Of a stretch of 58,603 nucleotides of DNA, positions 33,468 to 43,586 are shown in pieces; the first letter of the stretch is position 1; every line of letters begins with the position of its first letter. Source of the DNA: Euryarchaeota archaeon UBA170 (lineage in GTDB: Archaea > Thermoplasmatota > Poseidoniia > Poseidoniales > Thalassarchaeaceae); contig DALF01000050.1 in assembly GCA_002499345.1 (NCBI GenBank), positions 14,923 to 73,525 on the forward strand, read 5' to 3'. A program made the translations under genes and the position numbers. Below the pieces are notes generated by a model that was given only the letters and a program-made list of their open reading frames with translations, was not told where the DNA came from and did not search any database.

Positions 33468-34186
33468 GCCCTCCCATCTAGTTCCACCTTGCTCTGTTCT
33501 AGTCTCTCTTCCATTCTGATAACCTCATTACTTAGTATTGCTAGGCCAATAAATAGAATCAGGAATGAAAGGAAACCCATCATTAGTACTGTCCTGATGG
33601 CAGGATCTAAGCCCGTCTCTTCTCCGTTGACTAAAACTATCCCGGGGTGCCTCTTCTGATACCATGTTGTGGCCAGTGCAGTTATTGGGACTAGTGCAAA
33701 TCCGAATAGTCCCACAGCGGCGAGAGTATCTCTGGTTTCTTGGCCATCTGGTTGAGACCTTCTAGATAAGACCAGGAATAGTGCCACGCCCGTCAGTAGA
33801 GCGAATGTATTGAGGCGGAGATCTCCCCAGTCCCACGGGACGCCCCATTCTGCAGACCCCCAAATCGGCCCTGATGTGATTACTCCGAGGCCGAAAAGTA
33901 ATCCGAGGTCTGAGCCGGTAGAAAACCACCTCCACCCCCAATCTGACCTGTCCTTATACCATGCCACTGCTCCGATGAACAACATACAGAATGCTAGGAA
34001 TGAAGACCATGCGAAGGGTACGTGCCAGTACAATATCCTGTATGCCTCAGGAGCGTTGAATGCTGTTGAGTCAACCATGGGAGCGTAGTATACTCCCATC
34101 AAAGCTGTGAAGGCCGCCCCCGTAATCCCCAGTGCCGTCAGGCCAATACCCACTCCCATTGATGAAGAAGGATTGGTGTCGGGCAT
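33464..34186 (-). CDS. ccmC: heme exporter protein C (cytochrome c maturation System I)
   Basis: Trp-rich WWD motif PIWGSAEWGVPWDWGDLRLNT (nt 33812-33862). Conserved His in WHVPFAW and in WYQKRHPG. About 6 TM helices. Confidence 0.85.
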   Translation of the reverse strand: MPDTNPSSSMGVGIGLTALGITGAAFTALMGVYYAPMVDSTAFNAPEAYRILYWHVPFAWSSFLAFCMLFIGAVAWYKDRSDWGWRWFSTGSDLGLLFGLGVITSGPIWGSAEWGVPWDWGDLRLNTFALLTGVALFLVLSRRSQPDGQETRDTLAAVGLFGFALVPITALATTWYQKRHPGIVLVNGEETGLDPAIRTVLMMGFLSFLILFIGLAILSNEVIRMEERLEQSKVELDGRA

Positions 34187-34224
34187 GAGCCTTCGAGGCG
34201 CTACCTAGTCAAGAATGCTATTCC

Positions 34225-35658
34225 CTATGCATCAGGAATAATAACAGCCACTGCCCAGACCATAGCAGAGATAATACTCGCAATAATTATTGATGCCAGA
34301 GGACTTCCTATAGAAATCTCTGATGACATGCCGACTTCCATGATTACAGATAGTGCGTCAACTAGTTCCATGAATGGCCAAATTAAGACTATCAGAAGGA
34401 GAGAGGCCACCGCGGCGCCGGACCTTCGTAGATCGGAAACCAAAAGATGCAGAGCAGTGGCCGCACAAGAAATGTCAATTATTACGAGCGAAGGTAGCCA
34501 GAGCCACCTCAAAACCTCCTCAGAACTGTCAACTGGTAAAGAGCCACTCAATACGAACCATGAGAGGTAGGTAAGAGGAAGCGGCAGAAGAATGGATGAT
34601 GCCATAATCGATGTTGCTGGACGGAATTGTGGACCACAAACCGCTGACCACCATTTCCCACATTCTTCCTCTGAGAGCCTACGAATCATAGCAGGAGAAA
34701 TAACAGCGGATATGAACGCTGGAGTAAGAATTAGAGCTGCGGCCAGATGGTTTCCGATATTGGTATTCGACAGAGTCGCTTGCGAAGTATCCATTCCAAT
34801 CATCACTGAATAAGATAGGAGAAGTGCCAGTATGGAGGGAGTCGCCCTTCCAATGGCATCTACTGGGTTTCTCTTCTCGATTGAGTAGCTCCATGAGAAT
34901 AGTGATGAGATAGTCCTGCTATCCCTTACATTGAGGAGTTGTCTTTCCTGGATAATATCTTCTTTGATGGTGTTATTCGACTCGGAAATTCTCCCAGACT
35001 CAATAGTTAAAATCCTCCTTGATATCGAAATTATTTCTTGGTCATGTGAAGCTATCACTATGGCATTTCCGTGTTGTGATAGCTCACTTATCCATTTCTT
35101 TAGAACTCCTTTGGAGAATGAGTCTAGCCCTTCGGATGGCTCGTCTAAAAAAACTATCCTAGGAGTCCTACACATCATCGCCGGAGCCATTCCAGAGATT
35201 ACCGCCAGGCGTCTCCTCAGTCCGGCTGACAGTTGCGAAACCCTGTCCTCTGCTCTGTGGGACATGCCCCACTCCTCTAGGATCTGTTTGGCCTCTATTT
35301 GGCTACAATCCATTCCTGATACTTTCAGTGCGGTTATGAGCCTCTCCATGACCTTCTCCTCTCCACAAACGCCGTCTGATTGCAGGGTCAGTCCGAATGG
35401 ATAGGGCTTTTCCCTTGTTCCAGAGTAATTTCTAATTGTGAGTGATTCGCCTTTCTCTGAAAACCAATCAACTTGGCCAGTCGTAAGAGGAAGGATTCCC
35501 ACGAGAGATTCTATCAGAGTAGTCTTTCCAGAGCCATTTTCCCCTACGAAGCATACGATATCACCTTGTATTATTTCGAGATTCAATTTCTTGATTACGG
35601 TTCGTGTCCCCCTGGTAACGCTAAGGCCTCTAGCCTTGAGGACCGGTGACTGCACCAT
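34225..35658 (-). CDS. ccmA: fused ABC ATPase (CcmA-like) and membrane permease (CcmB-like) heme-export protein
   Basis: N-terminal half: Walker A GENGSGKTT, signature LSAGLRRRLAV, Walker B VFLDEPSEGLD. The C-terminal approx 230 aa is polytopic membrane. Lies directly upstream of ccmC. Confidence 0.7.
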   Translation of the reverse strand: MVQSPVLKARGLSVTRGTRTVIKKLNLEIIQGDIVCFVGENGSGKTTLIESLVGILPLTTGQVDWFSEKGESLTIRNYSGTREKPYPFGLTLQSDGVCGEEKVMERLITALKVSGMDCSQIEAKQILEEWGMSHRAEDRVSQLSAGLRRRLAVISGMAPAMMCRTPRIVFLDEPSEGLDSFSKGVLKKWISELSQHGNAIVIASHDQEIISISRRILTIESGRISESNNTIKEDIIQERQLLNVRDSRTISSLFSWSYSIEKRNPVDAIGRATPSILALLLSYSVMIGMDTSQATLSNTNIGNHLAAALILTPAFISAVISPAMIRRLSEEECGKWWSAVCGPQFRPATSIMASSILLPLPLTYLSWFVLSGSLPVDSSEEVLRWLWLPSLVIIDISCAATALHLLVSDLRRSGAAVASLLLIVLIWPFMELVDALSVIMEVGMSSEISIGSPLASIIIASIISAMVWAVAVIIPDA

Positions 35659-35735
35659 GCACCTCGGAGTAGTATCAGTCGTTTGAGTCGTTCCATTCTG
35701 AAAATCACTATTTGTAAGTCCCCTGTGTCAGGGGT

Positions 35736-36740
35736 ATGAGTGCGTTAGGAGAGCTTGGAGCTTCCGAGCAAATTTTTGTTATCGTACTATTATTTTCCTG
35801 TATTTCGCCCTACATTTCTGCTTATCGTGGGAACACAAGTATTGCCCTTGCGACTATTCTTTCACTTATGTTGGCGTCTTTCGTACAATTTGCTATTTCT
35901 ATTATTCAAGGAGTCCCAGTCGAGATGGGATGGGTAGTTTCTGTTTTTGGAGTCAGGCCGTCAATAGCTACATCTCCTGAAGAGTCATACAGATTCATTA
36001 CAAGTGCATGGATTCATGCTGGATGGATACATGTGCTAGGGAATATCTTGGTGATTGGACTGGTGGGCGTCCCCCTAGAGCAGAGGATGGGCGGCAAGAG
36101 ATGGATGGCTGTTTACTTGCTCGGGCTATTGGGCGGGAATATTGCGTGGGTTTTTACACATCCTGATTCAATGATACCTACTATTGGAGCGAGTGGGGCG
36201 GCTTTCGGGATACTGGGAGCTTACATGGCATGCTGGCCCAGTGATGAAGTGGAGTTTCCCCTACTATTCCTGATCAGAGCATGGCCAATTTGGTTGATTG
36301 TATTCATCAGATTGGGGATAGAGGTTTGGCAAATATACTCGATTCAGATAGGAACCTCAGGCGATAGTAATATTGCACACATGGCTCATGTTGGGGGATT
36401 CTTTCTGTCTTACTCGCTAGCAAGGAGAGTAGCCTCCGGAGGACCTCAACCTCTGGAGAAAGATGCAATTGATGGAGTCCCTCAATCCACTAGAAATATG
36501 CCGAGCCTTAAGGAAAATCCCTGGGAATCTTCTGGATTCCCTCTCGAAGGCAGAGCCCTGAGAGTACTAGGAAAACTTCTCGAAGAAGGAGATGAAATAG
36601 AAACTAGAAGGGCATGGTTGGAAGAGCTTTCCGAACATACAATCTGTCCGATATGCGGAGGAGAGATTCTAGCAGAGACCAAAAATGGCCGAACTTGGAT
36701 AAAGTGTGGCGTGTCAGAGAGTCACCTAATGTGGCCATAG
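35736..36740 (+). CDS. rhomboid-family intramembrane serine protease with C-terminal cytoplasmic zinc ribbon
   Basis: HAGWIHVLGNIL, catalytic GASGAAFGILGAY, AHMAHVGGF. C-terminal CPICGGEILAETKNGRTWIKCGVSESH. Confidence 0.85.
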   Translation: MSALGELGASEQIFVIVLLFSCISPYISAYRGNTSIALATILSLMLASFVQFAISIIQGVPVEMGWVVSVFGVRPSIATSPEESYRFITSAWIHAGWIHVLGNILVIGLVGVPLEQRMGGKRWMAVYLLGLLGGNIAWVFTHPDSMIPTIGASGAAFGILGAYMACWPSDEVEFPLLFLIRAWPIWLIVFIRLGIEVWQIYSIQIGTSGDSNIAHMAHVGGFFLSYSLARRVASGGPQPLEKDAIDGVPQSTRNMPSLKENPWESSGFPLEGRALRVLGKLLEEGDEIETRRAWLEELSEHTICPICGGEILAETKNGRTWIKCGVSESHLMWP

Positions 36741-36756
36741 AGCGAAAAAAACGGTC

Positions 36757-39700
36757 ATGGACAGGTTGGGATTATACAGGGCCGACATTTGGCTCTCTAA
36801 GAGAGCCATGGGAAAGAGAGCATCCCCAGTGAATCCAATCATTGTAGCCTTGATGGTTCTGATGCTTGACGTTTCCCTAGGAGTGAGTGGTTCTGAATGG
36901 GAAATTAATAATTCTGATGCACAAATAGAAAATGTAGATTCACATGCAATCGCAGATATTCCCCCCCTCATGTGCGAGTCAGGCGAGTGCCCCCTCAAAG
37001 ACCGGAGCCCTCATCTTCCGCCGAATGGAGTGGATTGGCCAGTTCAAGAACCCGGTTGGTGGTTTAATTTCTGGAATGATAAAGATACCAATGGGATGGA
37101 CGATAGGTTGCAATGGATAATTTCTGGAGAACGTGAGTCTGTTTCCACCAGTGCGATTATGGGGGATGATGGCAGGATGACTGTGGCGATTTTCGTTTGC
37201 TACTCTTGGCACCCAGGAGATGATGATATCTCTGATTTGAAGGATGTTCTATCCAAGTATGGGTGGGAGGAGTATGGTACTTACTTCAGATCGGTAGACA
37301 TTCTTGACACTTTGATTGTCGAGCATGTTCCAGTGAGTGCATTGATTGAAATCTTGATGCTTGATGGAGTTGTACTGGTTGAACAGCAGGATGTTCTGGT
37401 CCCATACCTCAATACCGCGACCAAGGGATCTAAAGTCAGGACCTCAGATGTTTTCAGCGAGACTATGATGGACTATGGTTACGATGGCACAGGAGTAGTT
37501 ATCGCCATTGCAGATACTGGTGTTGACAATGAGCATTTCTCACTTGATGACTTCTCAGACCAAAATTCTGACAATGGGGCGGAGCCCGATGAATTACCAG
37601 ATCCTAAGTGGGTAGCCGGATGTGATTCGACCTCTTGGAACCAGCAAGATTGTGATGATGGCGGTGATGATCCTGATGATGGAGACGGGCATGGCACGCA
37701 CGTTGCGGGCATAGCTCTCGGAACCGGTGGCGATGATAGGGAGAATCAGGGATATGCCCCCGGTGCGTATCTTGTTGATATCAAGGTCATGACGGACGCT
37801 GGGGCGTCCAACTCCGGATATACTGTGGCAGGCATTAACTGGGCGGTGCAGAATGCAGACACTGATTGGGGCAACAATGATTCCAGTAGAGGCATAGATA
37901 TTCTATCAATGTCATTCGGTAGTGGATCAAGCCCTGCTGGAGAGGATCCTGGAGATAACGGAACCAGTCAAGATTCTCTAGCAGTTAATGCGGCATCTGA
38001 AGCGGGCATCGTTTGTGTGGCCGCGATTGGAAATGACGGTTATCGAAGGGTAACCTCTGTGGGGGCGGCAGACTCCGCCATAACCGTAGGTGCGATTGAT
38101 GACAAAGCCAGTATAGAAAGGGGGGACGATTCTATCGCATCTTACTCTAACTCTGGACCCAGGGAAGACGATGGGGATGACAATCAGTGGGAGGAGCTGA
38201 AACCAGATGTTGTTGGTCCGGGCTCTAATATTATGTCTGCACAGCATGCCGCATCTAGCTCACAGTTGCCCGGTTCTGCCAAACCTCTAGCCAGTGACAA
38301 TTATGTCCAAAAATCAGGAACTAGCATGTCTACTCCGGCAGTAGCCGGATTCATAGCAGCGATGCTTCAGATGGACGAGGATTTAACCCCTCAAGAGGTA
38401 AAAGACATACTCAGGAACAATTCGGAGACAAGAGGGGGCTCGTCAGCCCCCGATATTTCTGAGAGGTGGAACGATCAATATGGATTTGGGATAATTGATG
38501 GAGAAATGGTCATGCAGGCCATTTTAGGAGATACCGGCGGAGGAGGTGGTGACGGAAATGGCACTGGTCCGCCCCCCACGGGAACAGAGGAATGGGTGGT
38601 AATAGAAACTCCCGAGGAAGATGCTTGGCTTGTAGAGGGAGAGACCTACAGTGTCAGGGGATACATAGATGAGGATACTGAGACTAATGGAACAATTGAA
38701 GAGGTAAATGTAAGCATTTCATACAGGTACAAGCCTGATGAAGGGCCGCGGCAGACTGAGGTTTTAGTTGATTGGCACATAGTTCAGGGAACCATGAATT
38801 GGTCTACTCCTTTCTCCATTCCGGAATTCACAGAAGACGAAATAGATGTTGAGGAGATAATAATCAGGGCAAAGGCCAGAAATGAATTCAATGTCTGGAG
38901 TGAGATGGAGCAAAGCGAGCATCCTGTTGGACTACTTGAGGTTACATTGGGAGGCCCTAGTGGACAAAGTCCTGTATCTGGGAATACAAATATTTTTGGA
39001 GGCTGGGAGTCGGTCAATGGGGCAGATATTCAATGGAGATTAGGTACTGAAAGCTGGGAAACATCACAGCAGTTTGGAGGGACGGGGAGTGACTCGGGAG
39101 ATTGGTCTGTAAACTGGGACACGACATCAGTAAATGATGGATTTTATAGAATCTCAGTAAGGGTAGTGAGCGGAGATGGTATTTTCTCAGATGAAGTTAG
39201 GAGAACTGTAGAGGTAGACAATGATCCTCCTGCTCCTGATTTGATATTCCGAAGCGGAATTAGTGTAAGCGAATACGGATTACCTATATCTGAGACATTC
39301 ATCAATACATTTCTAGAAGTTAGCTGTGAGGTTAGGAATGATGGCGATTTAGATGCTTCTGAGGTCACCATATATCTAAAGGAAAATGGTGCAAGGAAGG
39401 ATGAGCTTACAATTCCCAGTATTGGCAGTGGCGATATTGTAGAGGTCATACTTTATTGGAATCCATTGACTTTGGGAGATAGGACTCTATCTATTTCATT
39501 GGACCCTTCTAACGAAATCGAGGAGATAGATGAAGAAGATAACGAGCAGTCGGTTGAGTTTCCTGTATTGCAGCGCCCACAGGGTGTCGATCTTGCATTC
39601 AGAGATGGAGCAGTTAGAACTGAACCCCCCGTTCCCAGACCTAATGAGCAGTTCCTAATAACTGCCAGAGTTGATAATCTTGGATCCAGTGATGCGACAA

Positions 39701-41583
39701 ATCTTAAGGCGACTTTGGAGATTAGAAATGATGTTGGATGGGAGGCTATTTCCTCTTCTCCCGTACCTCTAGTAATGGGGCAAGGGGCATCCCAGATTTC
39801 ATTCGCCCACGTGGAGGGCTCCACTGGCCCGGTTCATATCAGAGTGAGTCTTTCAGGCGAGTCCGTGTCCGATCTAGACTGGAGTAACAATATTGTTGAG
39901 ACTACAATTCTAGTCGATGAGACCACATTAACTGGCCCTAGGACTACTAATTTCCCTACCGGGGAGGAGCCAGTGGAGATTATCCATTTGAGCGAAGAAG
40001 GAGGAGTAGTGATAACTAGCAGAGGTGATGAATTAGGACTTTACCGGCTTGGCAGTAACAGGGCCATAACCGCCTGCTCTAATATTTTGGAGGAAAAATG
40101 GTCTGGCGACATTGTTGCAGAAGCGTCCAATGATGGCCTTGCCCATGTAGCTTGGACTCGTAGATACCTAGACAATGATGGCTTCTTTAAACAGACTGTA
40201 AGCTATACCACAATTGACCCCAGTTGTCTAATGTCACCAATTCAAGACCTTATGGAACCAATCTCTCTTTCTGAAGGAAAATATTGGGGAATTGGGATGG
40301 ATATGAAGGGACCGGAAATCCTAGTGGCTGGTTATCATCACGAGTTGGCGACAGGCTCTACCAACCAAAATAATGCTATCTTCTTGGTTACCTCCGAGTC
40401 TCCGACTAAATCGTCTGATTGGTCCGTTAACCCCCAGCTAGTAGGTGACCTAGATGTCACCCCGGGAAAGACTGACCCAGTTGCCGTGGCCATTGGAGAT
40501 GAAGACGGACACATTCTCTATCAAGATACGCGAAATGACACCACTGGGGCCGACAGGCTGGGACTCTGGTATGCTCATGGACTTCCTGATCAGACCTCTT
40601 GGTCGTTCAGAAAAGCCGTGGGGGATTACTCATTCATGCCCTCAATTTCGATTTCTGATATAGAAGGGGAGGATGTGATCGTAGCGGCTTGGGGAGAGGG
40701 CTCCGATCAGACATCAGAATTAGTCGTCACAATAGTTGATTCATCGTTCTCCCAGATAGGCGATGGAGAAGTTAGGACTTCTGCAAGAGGGCTTAGTTAT
40801 ATTGGACTTCTGGATACAGATAGAGGAATACAGATTCTCTTCGACTTCATTGGCCCGAGTGGCCCCCAGATACAATATGGAATGGTTGATTCTGAAGATG
40901 GATGGATTGGAATTTCAGATAGGCTGGGCATTGGAAGAATCGTGGTAGCTAGCAGATCCCCAATAGACAGTGATGCGACCATTCTACAGACATCTCCTAC
41001 TGGATGGCAAATTAGGGCTTTAGTGGATGATTCTTCCCCTATCAAATCTGAGGAAAATATTCTAGAGCAAGTTAGGTCTTACCTTGGCCTGGATGAAAGG
41101 AATTTCAATGTAATTCTAGTGGGCATCTCAGGAGTAACAATAGTACTCTGCTTAGTAATTATTTTGACAATGTCTACTAGGGCAATTAGATGGGCGAGTG
41201 GCAGGACGGGAAAGAAAATTTCTGGAGTTGTGATTCTTGAGGAAGATGTAGTCGATGTTATTGTAGAGACAGACATCTCAGTTAGTTCTTCTGAGGTCGA
41301 ATTAGTCGAAGAATCTGGAACGGATTCGCAAAGTACCTCTGAAAGGAGGAGAAGGAGGGAGTATAGGTCTAATAACTCAGCTCAATCACTTCCAGAACTG
41401 CATAGCTCTGACAAATTTATCATTCCAGTCCCAAAACATTCCGCCCCTTTGCCGCTCCCAGTCCCACTTAACGGTGCAAATGTTAGAGTGAGTTGTCACT
41501 CTTGTAGCTCTATTTTCGAGATAGAATTAGGATTGAAGAAATTCATTTGCCCTGTCTGTGGTGAGAAAATTAAGCTTGGATAA
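36757..41583 (+). CDS. giant (1608 aa) membrane-anchored subtilisin-like (S8) serine protease with CARDB domains, C-terminal TM and cytoplasmic zinc-ribbon tail
   Basis: Catalytic triad context VVIAIADTGVD, HGTHVAGIA, SGTSMSTPAVAGF. CARDB-like segments (SCEVRNDGDLDASEVTIYL, ITARVDNLGSSDATNLKATL). TM FNVILVGISGVTIVLCLVIILTM. The 136-aa tail ends CHSCSSIFEIELGLKKFICPVCGEKIK. The second ATG at 36808 (MGKRASPVNPIIVALMVLML) is an equally good signal-peptide start. Confidence 0.9.
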   Translation: MDRLGLYRADIWLSKRAMGKRASPVNPIIVALMVLMLDVSLGVSGSEWEINNSDAQIENVDSHAIADIPPLMCESGECPLKDRSPHLPPNGVDWPVQEPGWWFNFWNDKDTNGMDDRLQWIISGERESVSTSAIMGDDGRMTVAIFVCYSWHPGDDDISDLKDVLSKYGWEEYGTYFRSVDILDTLIVEHVPVSALIEILMLDGVVLVEQQDVLVPYLNTATKGSKVRTSDVFSETMMDYGYDGTGVVIAIADTGVDNEHFSLDDFSDQNSDNGAEPDELPDPKWVAGCDSTSWNQQDCDDGGDDPDDGDGHGTHVAGIALGTGGDDRENQGYAPGAYLVDIKVMTDAGASNSGYTVAGINWAVQNADTDWGNNDSSRGIDILSMSFGSGSSPAGEDPGDNGTSQDSLAVNAASEAGIVCVAAIGNDGYRRVTSVGAADSAITVGAIDDKASIERGDDSIASYSNSGPREDDGDDNQWEELKPDVVGPGSNIMSAQHAASSSQLPGSAKPLASDNYVQKSGTSMSTPAVAGFIAAMLQMDEDLTPQEVKDILRNNSETRGGSSAPDISERWNDQYGFGIIDGEMVMQAILGDTGGGGGDGNGTGPPPTGTEEWVVIETPEEDAWLVEGETYSVRGYIDEDTETNGTIEEVNVSISYRYKPDEGPRQTEVLVDWHIVQGTMNWSTPFSIPEFTEDEIDVEEIIIRAKARNEFNVWSEMEQSEHPVGLLEVTLGGPSGQSPVSGNTNIFGGWESVNGADIQWRLGTESWETSQQFGGTGSDSGDWSVNWDTTSVNDGFYRISVRVVSGDGIFSDEVRRTVEVDNDPPAPDLIFRSGISVSEYGLPISETFINTFLEVSCEVRNDGDLDASEVTIYLKENGARKDELTIPSIGSGDIVEVILYWNPLTLGDRTLSISLDPSNEIEEIDEEDNEQSVEFPVLQRPQGVDLAFRDGAVRTEPPVPRPNEQFLITARVDNLGSSDATNLKATLEIRNDVGWEAISSSPVPLVMGQGASQISFAHVEGSTGPVHIRVSLSGESVSDLDWSNNIVETTILVDETTLTGPRTTNFPTGEEPVEIIHLSEEGGVVITSRGDELGLYRLGSNRAITACSNILEEKWSGDIVAEASNDGLAHVAWTRRYLDNDGFFKQTVSYTTIDPSCLMSPIQDLMEPISLSEGKYWGIGMDMKGPEILVAGYHHELATGSTNQNNAIFLVTSESPTKSSDWSVNPQLVGDLDVTPGKTDPVAVAIGDEDGHILYQDTRNDTTGADRLGLWYAHGLPDQTSWSFRKAVGDYSFMPSISISDIEGEDVIVAAWGEGSDQTSELVVTIVDSSFSQIGDGEVRTSARGLSYIGLLDTDRGIQILFDFIGPSGPQIQYGMVDSEDGWIGISDRLGIGRIVVASRSPIDSDATILQTSPTGWQIRALVDDSSPIKSEENILEQVRSYLGLDERNFNVILVGISGVTIVLCLVIILTMSTRAIRWASGRTGKKISGVVILEEDVVDVIVETDISVSSSEVELVEESGTDSQSTSERRRRREYRSNNSAQSLPELHSSDKFIIPVPKHSAPLPLPVPLNGANVRVSCHSCSSIFEIELGLKKFICPVCGEKIKLG

Positions 41584-41584
41584 T

Positions 41585-42229
41585 ATGAGAAGAGTACTCC
41601 TTGCATCACAGTCCGAAAGGAGATTTTCTTGGTTAAAAGAAAATCTAGGAGAGGACATAGAGTTTTATTCGTCCGCCCTCATATCTCCCGAATCTAAGCC
41701 CCCCCAAGGATTTGAAGTGAGTGAGCAGGTAGAGAGAGTATGCCAATCTAAGGCCGAGAATGCCATAATTGAGCATAAGCTTTCCGAGTACCAGAGAAAG
41801 GCCCATTATGACGCTATTTTGGTTGCGGATACAATGATTGAGGACCCTGATGATCATAAATCATCTTTTGGCAAGCCAATTGATGGCCTTTCGGCCGCGG
41901 GCATGCTGATTAGACTCGCTGGGAGGAAACATAAGGTTTGGTCGTCGACCTCGATACTACTTCCCCCTGATTCAAACGAGAGAGGGGGAGACAATGCAAA
42001 ATGGAATATCTCAAATTATACCAGTTTTGCAACTGTGGAATTCTCGGACTTGGGAGCGGATGAGATTTTCGAGCTGATTTCATCAGAATCATGGAAGGGG
42101 AAGGCAGGGGGATATGATTTGGCTGGCTTAGCAGGAAAATTCTGTCGAGTAGTGGAAGGGGAAGAAGTCACTGTACTTGGATTATCAGATCTAGCAATAG
42201 ATAGACTGGTACAGATTATTCCTAGATGA
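41585..42229 (+). CDS. maf: Maf-like nucleoside triphosphate pyrophosphatase
   Basis: MRRVLLASQSERR, VADTMI, GKP, GKAGGYD. ATG 41585 lies just after the subtilisin TAA. The ORF-track start at 41558 overlaps that gene. Confidence 0.75.
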   Translation: MRRVLLASQSERRFSWLKENLGEDIEFYSSALISPESKPPQGFEVSEQVERVCQSKAENAIIEHKLSEYQRKAHYDAILVADTMIEDPDDHKSSFGKPIDGLSAAGMLIRLAGRKHKVWSSTSILLPPDSNERGGDNAKWNISNYTSFATVEFSDLGADEIFELISSESWKGKAGGYDLAGLAGKFCRVVEGEEVTVLGLSDLAIDRLVQIIPR

Positions 42230-42701
42230 AAGTGACTCCGCCGAACTTCAGTACAAACTCCTTCTGAATTTCATCGAACCATTCCAACATTGATGAAGAG
42301 AACCTAATCCTCTCAACTTCCTCATCCATCAGTAGATCATCCTGTATTCCCTTCAATGTCCCTGGCGCCGCCCCACAGGACACACATGCTCCGTCTAAGT
42401 CAATAACTAGGGACAGTGACTTCCCAGTTCCATCATAGAATTCCCAACTTGAAAGAATTAGGCCCCCTCCATGACCATCTAGAGCGGCCCTGACAGGACC
42501 TAATCTTGCCATTAATGCGGGGATGGAATCTGGATGGTCTGCTTCAATCAATGGAATTAGAGAGAGGCCCCTAAGTCTTCCCAACTCTTCTTCATCATGA
42601 TTTTCACTGATTCTTCTTTGTGCCTCAATTCTCATTTGCTCTTCTATCTGAGAACCATATGTTTTTGCCAACTCATCGTCGTCTGTCTTGGCCGGATCCA
42701 T
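42222..42701 (-). CDS. NifU/Nfu-domain Fe-S cluster scaffold-like protein
   Basis: DGHGGGLILSSWE ... IDLDGACVSCGAAPGTLKGIQDDL is the Nfu C-terminal CxxC domain. Divergent from sufCBD. Confidence 0.7.
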   Translation of the reverse strand: MDPAKTDDDELAKTYGSQIEEQMRIEAQRRISENHDEEELGRLRGLSLIPLIEADHPDSIPALMARLGPVRAALDGHGGGLILSSWEFYDGTGKSLSLVIDLDGACVSCGAAPGTLKGIQDDLLMDEEVERIRFSSSMLEWFDEIQKEFVLKFGGVTFI

Positions 42702-42803
42702 GTTGTAGGATTAGGGGTGCTCTTTAGAAATGTACTAATTTGTGATGAAGTTGTGCCACACACATTCAAAAGGATGGAAGCACAGCACATTACGAGGAGT
42801 AGT

Positions 42804-43586
42804 ATGGCATCGAACGAAAACCCCATCCTAGAAGTCAAAGGACTGAAAGTGGGCATAGAGGGTACATCGATACTGAAAGGTATAGATTTGATGATTCCAA
42901 AAGGTGAAATTCACGCAATAATGGGCAGGAATGGCAGTGGAAAAACAACCACTGCGAATGTCATAATGGGGCATCCGGCGTATGAAATTGAAGATGGCGA
43001 GATGTATTTGGATGGCGAGAGCCTTCAAGACATGGAACCATGGGAGAGATCTAGAGAAGGGGTTTTCCTGTCTTTCCAATACCCACAATCAATACCTGGC
43101 TTACAAGTAGGAAATTTTCTCCGGAAGTCAGTGTCCAGTGTCAGAGGAGAAGAAGCGGCTAGAGGCTCCGAATTTAGAGAGAAGTTAACAAATGCCATGG
43201 AGGAGCTAGATATTCCTAAATCATTCCTCTCTAGATACGTCAATGATGGATTCAGCGGAGGGGAGAAAAAGAGGTTCGAAATTTTACAGTTGATGTTACT
43301 GCAGCCCAGGTTAGCAGTCCTAGATGAGACAGATAGTGGATTGGATATTGATGGAATAAGAACTGTTTCTAAGGGCATAAACTCTGCAGTCAGGGGGACT
43401 GAAAATGGTGCATTGATAATTACTCACTACTCTAGAATATTAGAGCATGTCAATCCGGATCGTGTCCATATCATGATTGGAGGCAAGATTGTAGCTAGTG
43501 GAGGCCCCTCTCTAGCGATTTTGTTGGAAGATAATGGATATGATTGGCTTGAAGAGCAGGTTGAGAGTGGAGTTGAATTCGAATGA
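42804..43586 (+). CDS. sufC: Fe-S cluster assembly ATPase SufC
   Basis: [44 protein letters not shown] lies 5 nt upstream of ATG 42804. The maximal ORF from 42597 overlaps the nfu gene on the other strand. Confidence 0.9.
   Translation: MASNENPILEVKGLKVGIEGTSILKGIDLMIPKGEIHAIMGRNGSGKTTTANVIMGHPAYEIEDGEMYLDGESLQDMEPWERSREGVFLSFQYPQSIPGLQVGNFLRKSVSSVRGEEAARGSEFREKLTNAMEELDIPKSFLSRYVNDGFSGGEKKRFEILQLMLLQPRLAVLDETDSGLDIDGIRTVSKGINSAVRGTENGALIITHYSRILEHVNPDRVHIMIGGKIVASGGPSLAILLEDNGYDWLEEQVESGVEFE

Noticed and set aside
42597-42803. N-terminal extension of the sufC maximal ORF; similar extensions affect purA, maf, nmd3, csl4, the methylase, the 48619 gene and the 54439 ORF
   Set aside because: The ORF track reports the longest ATG/GTG/TTG-initiated frame. 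These extensions overlap neighbouring genes and precede the conserved N-termini, so internal starts were preferred.
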